Below, one piece after another: positions 28,486 through 32,000 of a stretch of 32,000 nt of DNA. Positions within the stretch are counted from its first letter, which is position 1. Every line of letters starts with the position of its first letter. The stretch covers positions 9,475 through 41,474 of the forward strand of contig MTSL01000065.1 of assembly GCA_002794465.1 (NCBI GenBank), given 5' to 3'. The notes under the pieces were generated by a model, which did not search any database, had not been told where the DNA came from, and worked only from the letters and a program-made list of their open reading frames with translations. Position numbers and translations under genes: made by a program. Origin of the DNA: Paramicrosporidium saccamoebae KSL3 (taxonomy: Eukaryota > Fungi > Cryptomycota).

Positions 28486-29478
28486 TCACATGGAAGCATC
28501 ATATGCCAACTCGAACTGTCGTAAGGACAACCGAAAAAGGACTCGAAACACGGTCACCACCTCTAACACCCGGATGGGAATGAGATCGTTGATGGGATGT
28601 AAACAGCTCATCCCGTCAGCAAACTCCAGCATGGTTTTGATGTCCTCATCGCGGACATCGAGGAGAAGGAGAACGCGTTTCCATTCATCGGGGTGGCCAG
28701 AGTACCCACGCTGAAATTCTCTAGCCCTTGATGCTGTGTGCATCACAACTCCCCACCTTGTCAGTCTCTCCTCGACGGTAAGGTAGCCTTTGCTGAACGT
28801 TTTGATGCGTTGGCAAACAGCGCCGATTTCGTGAGAAAGCCAAGAGGCGTCCCACCTCCAGCGCTCACCTGGCATGCGTGTCTTGGGAGCATAGTGCCAC
28901 CCCAATAGGCCATCATTAATAAAGTATTCCCTTGGGCCGTCGAAATCTTCATAGTTCATCTCTGTACGCACATCCCATGCAATACGGGTTTCATCGGGCG
29001 AAACTTTGATGCCGGCCATCTCGGCAACTTTACCTGCAAATATCTCTGGAATCTCTTTCGTGGTAAACGGAGAATCCGGTAACTTGCCGCATCGAAACAT
29101 CCCGAAGCCGCCACCGGGTACATAGTACAATAGAGCGAACATCCCATCTTCCATCCTAAGCACTGGTTGGGGCATGCAGCCCTCGAATTTTTGTACAAGC
29201 ATCTTCATACGTTTGGGCGAATCCTCAATATCTCCACAGTTCTTGTCAAGAATCATACTTTCTAAATGTTTCAAGGCGCCAGCCTCTTCCTCCGGATTGC
29301 TGAACGAAAATGCAATGCAGGATTCTTTCTCAAAGTCATCTTCTATTGTTTGCATGTTCGTGGTACCACAATCAACTAAAGCTTCATCATCCTTTTTCAT
29401 TACTCTGCCAGTTTTCCGTCGGTTTGACTGCGCGGCATTCTTGACATTCGCTTTAACCAATTCTGCCGTGCGTTTCAT
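28486..29478 (-). CDS. Unknown family F1, copy C, intronless (330 aa from 29478, or 304 aa from the ATG at 29400)
   Basis: Single ORF aligning with spliced A, B and D; the intron position is read straight through (PVLR/MEDG). Confidence 0.88.
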   Translation of the reverse strand: MKRTAELVKANVKNAAQSNRRKTGRVMKKDDEALVDCGTTNMQTIEDDFEKESCIAFSFSNPEEEAGALKHLESMILDKNCGDIEDSPKRMKMLVQKFEGCMPQPVLRMEDGMFALLYYVPGGGFGMFRCGKLPDSPFTTKEIPEIFAGKVAEMAGIKVSPDETRIAWDVRTEMNYEDFDGPREYFINDGLLGWHYAPKTRMPGERWRWDASWLSHEIGAVCQRIKTFSKGYLTVEERLTRWGVVMHTASRAREFQRGYSGHPDEWKRVLLLLDVRDEDIKTMLEFADGMSCLHPINDLIPIRVLEVVTVFRVLFRLSLRQFELAYDASM

Positions 29479-29770
29479 GCTTGTCCAATTGGGTTATCGA
29501 TGCTCGCTATCGCGTCCAACAGGCCTACTGCCTAGGAGCCAATCAAGGGACTATGCGAACCAATAGCAAAGCTTGGATACCCATCATAGTAAACTTGAAT
29601 ACTGAAGTGTATGTTGTATTAGATCGAGAGCCACTTGCTATAATGTCATAAAAGCTGTAAAAGTGCATAAACATGAGTAAGTATATTTACGGGCGAGGGA
29701 TTCTAGTCAGGGGCCTTTATTACAGGCCCCATTTTATTTTATTATATACAAGCTATTCGTTCTTTTTCAG

Positions 29771-30346
29771 TCATTGGGGAACCTCTTTAACCATGTGCAA
29801 ATATGGGGAAGCATCCCATTTTAAGAGGTGCCTTCCAAGCTCCTTGCACTCATCAGGAATCGCCGAGAGATCAATGTCTCCTTCGGGTATTATATCAGGA
29901 TCCGGGTGTGCTAAGCCGTTCCGACATCTCCGAAGTTGAGCAGCAATACTGTCAAACCTTGATATGTCCTGAGTCTTAAGAACCTCGAGAAGCAAATTTG
30001 GAATCTTTTGCCTTGCCATGTCCAAGATGTGCAGCTTCTCAGTCACCAAGAGCAGGACATTAATGGCATCGCCCGGTGGCGATGCAGTCTTAGTAACAAT
30101 CACGCCATGCTGAAGGCCTATGGTGCTGATGTCGTCGGCGGGTGAGATGTCTTGGGGTGCTTTATCGGGTATCATGACACATGCCAGCCCAATACTGCGG
30201 TTAGACATGAGATCCGCTAGTGCGCTCCAAATGCTCTGAGCTCGGAATAACGGGCGTCCTGGGTCTTTGCGGCCAAATGACTTTACCCAGACTCGGGGTT
30301 GTCGGCTAGCGCGCGTGCAGTGTTTCCTTCTAGTGAATCTTTGCAT
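29771..30346 (-). CDS. H-family partner gene of cassette unit D (H-D), only intact copy, 191 aa, with HEPN-like R-x4-H motif
   Basis: Uninterrupted ORF homologous to three broken copies; contains LRRCRNGLAHPDPD in a helical-looking C-terminal half. HEPN assignment is by motif only. Confidence 0.65.
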   Translation of the reverse strand: MQRFTRRKHCTRASRQPRVWVKSFGRKDPGRPLFRAQSIWSALADLMSNRSIGLACVMIPDKAPQDISPADDISTIGLQHGVIVTKTASPPGDAINVLLLVTEKLHILDMARQKIPNLLLEVLKTQDISRFDSIAAQLRRCRNGLAHPDPDIIPEGDIDLSAIPDECKELGRHLLKWDASPYLHMVKEVPQ

Positions 30347-30571
30347 CTCGCACGGGGTTGTTTACTGACTGCATCTTGTACTTGCGTTACGTTTCCTAAT
30401 TTGGGCATATGAGATTATATGTCATGGGAGGAACACTTGTATGGATTTTACAGGCTGTAGGATTACAATTTCGCTAGTTATCTAGCATTACTATGAAAAC
30501 TCTTTAAGTACAATGTACAAAACAATATCCACTGCATATTGCCTTTGGTACTACAAATGGCTTAGGACAAC

Positions 30572-31525
30572 TCATGCAGTGATAGTATACGCCATTTCAA
30601 ATTGCTGTAGCGACAGCCGGAAAAGAATTCGGAACACGGTCACTACCTCTAAAACTCGTATGGGAATGAGATCGTCAATGGGATGTAAAAGATGCATCCC
30701 GCTGGTAAACTCTAACATGGTCTGAATGTCCTCCTCGCGGACATCGAGGACAAGAAGAACACGCTTCCATTCATCAGGACGGTTTGAGTAATCATCTTGG
30801 AATTCTTTGATTTCGGATGCAATGTGCATAACAAGCCCCCAGCGTGTAAGCCTCTCCTCCACCGTCAAATACCCCTCTCTATACATCTTTAAACGTTGGA
30901 ACACTGCGCTAATCTCATGCGAGACTTGCGATCGGTGCATCCTCCATCGTTCACCAGGGATGCGTGACTTTGGTTCATAGTCCCAACCAAGAAGGCCGTT
31001 GTTCAGAAAAAACTCCCGTGGCTCTGAATAGTCTTCCACGTGATTATCAACGTTGATATCCCATGTTATACATCCGTCGCCAGGGGAGACTTGAATACCG
31101 GTAATCCGACCAATCTCCTTGGAAAATATGTCCGGCATTTCGTTTTTTCTAAAGGATTCCTCTGGCAATTTTCCACATCTGATAGCTCCCACTCCAAGAT
31201 CGGGAATATAATAAAAGACACTTAGCATCCCATCTTTTACTCTACATTATGTGAGATACGCCCAAAACAAATACCTCGCCACCGGCTCGCTGGAGTAAGC
31301 GTTGAATCTTTGGACAAGTGTTTCCATGCGCGCAAGTAGATTCTCGTTATCTGCATCACTGGTTCCGACAAGCATTTCCTCGAGATGCCTGAGAGCACCT
31401 TTCTCCTCTTTAGAATGGTCAAATTCAAAATCAAACATGAGCCTATTCTCCCTGCGGAATTCACTCTTTACCCTTTCTCGGGCTGAAATCCCAGGATCTG
31501 GTACAATGTCAAAATCTTTCTTCAT
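30572..31525 (-). CDS. Unknown family F1, copy D; join(31525..31275,31241..30572), 306 aa
   Basis: 33-nt phase-2 GTATTT..TGTAG intron at the conserved position; full-length alignment with the paralogs. Confidence 0.85.
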
Positions 31526-31827
31526 TATGTGACACCCGTCTTTGTATCGGATTAGACTGTTTGTAATGGGAGCCTTATCGACCTCTGCAGTGTTTCATAC
31601 TGACCCAACCAACGTGTGGCCATGCACCCACAGCGCCTATTTATTGATAAATGTGCCTTGAACTACTAAGACTAAAGGGGCCAATCATGGAACGCCGATG
31701 ACGTGACATTGGACTTGTTTGCAATATGGCCTAGAAGGCTCTTCCCGGCCCAACGGTCCAAAATTCAGGTATAAATTTTCCCCGGTTCATAGGATCCCTG
31801 TCAGCATGCATCAACCATTACACTGCA

Positions 31828-32000
31828 TTAGAATGAAAATAATTTAATGCTCAACTCTGGCTCCATTGAAGCGGTGGCAATGAGTCGTCGGGAGGGATGC
31901 GCAGCGACAGCAATGACGGGATTTTCGTAAATCTTTTCATCTAGAACAATGGTACGCGAATTGAGATTCCATATGAGTATCCTTCCGTCTTCGGAGCCAG
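31828..32000 (-). CDS. WDR5: 3' end of a WDR5/SWD3-like WD40 protein (truncated by window edge; not in the ORF track)
   Basis: GSEDGRILIWNLNSRTIVLDEKIYENPVIAVAAHPSRRLIATASMEPELSIKLFSF* resembles the WDR5 C-terminus (SGSED..YIWNLQ...VI..ACHP..IIASA.LE.D.TIKLW). Confidence 0.75.
   Translation of the reverse strand, partial: GSEDGRILIWNLNSRTIVLDEKIYENPVIAVAAHPSRRLIATASMEPELSIKLFSF

Larger units (their letters stand above)
24557..30404 (-). promoter_or_regulatory. Conserved upstream block CC(A)AATTAGG..C.AGTA(T/C)AA of H genes, three discrete sites: 24557-24566, 28327-28336, 30395-30404
   Basis: Same motif about 45-58 nt upstream of the first ATG in three H copies, followed by a TATA-like GTATAA/GTACAA. 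Function is inferred. Confidence 0.55.

Noticed and set aside
24667-31525. F1 as a GIY-YIG nuclease (RW..H) or as a nucleotidyltransferase antitoxin of MNT-HEPN type
   Set aside because: No GIY/YIG strands, the His is not conserved (Asp in copy C, Ser in copy B), and there is no GS..G....SD.D motif. The family is left unassigned.
23900-31800. The cassette island as a transposon
   Set aside because: No transposase, reverse transcriptase, terminal inverted repeats, LTRs or target-site duplication could be identified at the island or unit edges.

Overview
This is a gene-dense eukaryotic window, not a prokaryotic one. Conserved housekeeping genes are packed 21-90 bp apart, and one pair overlaps: PUF6, RPL4, a REC8-type kleisin, a carnitine carrier, SF3B2/CUS1, SEC20, GEMIN2, CAF-1 p60, an amino-acid permease, dTMP kinase, mitochondrial S7, SNAPC1, TIM23, NIC96 and the 3' end of a WDR5-like gene. 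I reconstructed 15 spliceosomal introns by hand, all 31-41 nt and all GTA...YAG. The supplied ORF track ignores these introns and sometimes uses non-ATG starts, so several of its ORFs are fragments. The fungal-like proteins, tiny introns, extreme compaction and retained mitochondrial import/translation genes suggest an early-diverging fungal relative of the Rozellomycota/'short-branch microsporidia' type; this is inference and cannot be confirmed here. Three accessory islands interrupt the core genes. (1) 1-1625: tandem signal-peptide-bearing protein kinases. (2) 9346-12500: four small putative secreted proteins, three of them paralogous. (3) About 24000-31600: a four-fold tandem two-gene cassette. 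Each unit has an intact ~305-aa gene of unknown family (F1, copies A-D) followed by a partner gene (H). The partner is intact in only one unit, where it carries a HEPN-like R-N-G-L-A-H motif, and is broken in the other three. This cassette is the best candidate for an undescribed system, possibly toxin-antidote or RNase-effector-like. No tRNA, rRNA, CRISPR array or transposase was seen.
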